Shown here piece by piece: positions 63,330-64,000 of a stretch of 64,000 nt of DNA. Position 1 is the first letter of the stretch; the number at the start of each line of letters is the position of its first letter. Below the pieces are notes generated by a model. It saw nothing but the letters and a program-made list of their open reading frames with translations. It was not told the origin of the DNA and ran no database searches. A program made the position numbers and the translations under genes. The DNA comes from Takakia lepidozioides (lineage: Eukaryota > Plantae > Bryophyta): the NCBI GenBank assembly GCA_030704615.1, contig CM060734.1, positions 43,710,001-43,774,000 of the forward strand. Direction: 5' to 3'.

Positions 63330-64000
63330 CGGCGGTTCCTGAGGGCTTACATGAATTGCTTTGCCTTCAGTTTGAAGGACTTGGGAGCACTGAAGGGTCA
63401 AGAGATCCGTATTGAGTTGGCCACTGACACGCCAATCTTTCGGAGACCCTATAGATACAGTGACATGGAGAGGTCTTTGATTCAGATGAGGACTCAAGAT
63501 CTCTGGGAGGCAGGTTTGGTGGAGCTCTCTGGTGGAGAGTATGCTTCAGCCACAGTGATGCCAGCTAAGAAGGATGTCTATGGCAATTGGACGGAGAGAC
63601 GTATGTGCGGTGATTACCGGCCTGTAAATCGTCAGACCAAGTCCGATAGGTTGCCATGCCGACACCAGAGGAGATCTTTGATGCCATTGGGCATGCCAAG
63701 GTCTTTAGCACGTTGGATTTACGATCCGGATATCACTCGTGCCGATCAAGGAGGCGGATAAGCAAAAGACGGCATTCTGGGGGATCAATGAGCACGGGAA
63801 GGATTGCCTATACCAGTGGCGGTTCTTACCATTTGGGCTTAAAAACGCTCCCGCTGAGTTTCAAAGAGTCATGGACAAGATTCTAGCAGGGGTGGAGTTT
63901 GCTCGGTGCTACATAGATGACATCATCATCTTTAGTGCTACGGTGGAGGGAGCAGAGAGACACCTTCAGGGGTATTTGAGCGCTTGAGGCGACGGATTGA
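63330..64000 (+). pseudogene. Gypsy reverse transcriptase (N-terminal to catalytic core)
   Basis: PIFRRPYRYS, RMCGDYRPVNRQT, MPTPEEIFD, LDLRSGYH, QWRFLPFGLKNAP, CYIDDIIIFS. Confidence 0.95.

Larger units (their letters stand above)
58400..64000 (+). mobile_element. Ty3/gypsy LTR retrotransposon (gag - protease - C5 DNA methyltransferase - RT), truncated by the window edge and heavily frameshifted
   Basis: Putative LTR end ...CTGCAACA at ~59003 followed by a PBS-like GGTGCCCACCCGTG; gag with zinc knuckles; protease LLDSGAQ; gypsy-type RT (RMCGDYRPVN, FSTLDLRSGYH, KTAF, LPFGLKNAPAEFQR, YIDD). The 5' LTR start is not resolved. Confidence 0.92.

Overview
Eukaryotic, intron-rich nuclear DNA from a land plant, probably a non-seed lineage (inference from moss/fern-like PLS-DYW PPR genes and a cathepsin Z-like remnant). 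Apparently intact genes: (1) a 4-exon PPR-DYW RNA-editing factor (5504-10515) carrying an OSB-type PDF single-stranded-DNA-binding motif at its N-terminus, which the ORF track misses because introns split it; (2) a ~30-exon SPIKE1 DOCK-family RopGEF (15130-30961); (3) a single-exon F-box gene; (4) a slightly aberrant NBP35 on the minus strand. The remainder is accessory DNA: a DYW-PPR pseudogene, a decayed MULE with long TIRs, a hAT-like MITE containing a tRNA-derived SINE, LINE remnants, a cathepsin pseudogene split into oppositely oriented halves, a ~2 kb chain of fused fragments from abundant transcripts (Obg, PsaG, RPL18a, OEP16, Lhcb4), and a Ty3/gypsy LTR retrotransposon running off the right edge. 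That element encodes a C5-cytosine DNA methyltransferase domain between its protease and reverse transcriptase. The strongest candidates for a new system are the DNMT-carrying gypsy element and the PDF-PPR-DYW fusion. All identifications are by eye from remembered motifs; no searches were run, and exon boundaries were hand-derived from GT-AG sites and reading frame.
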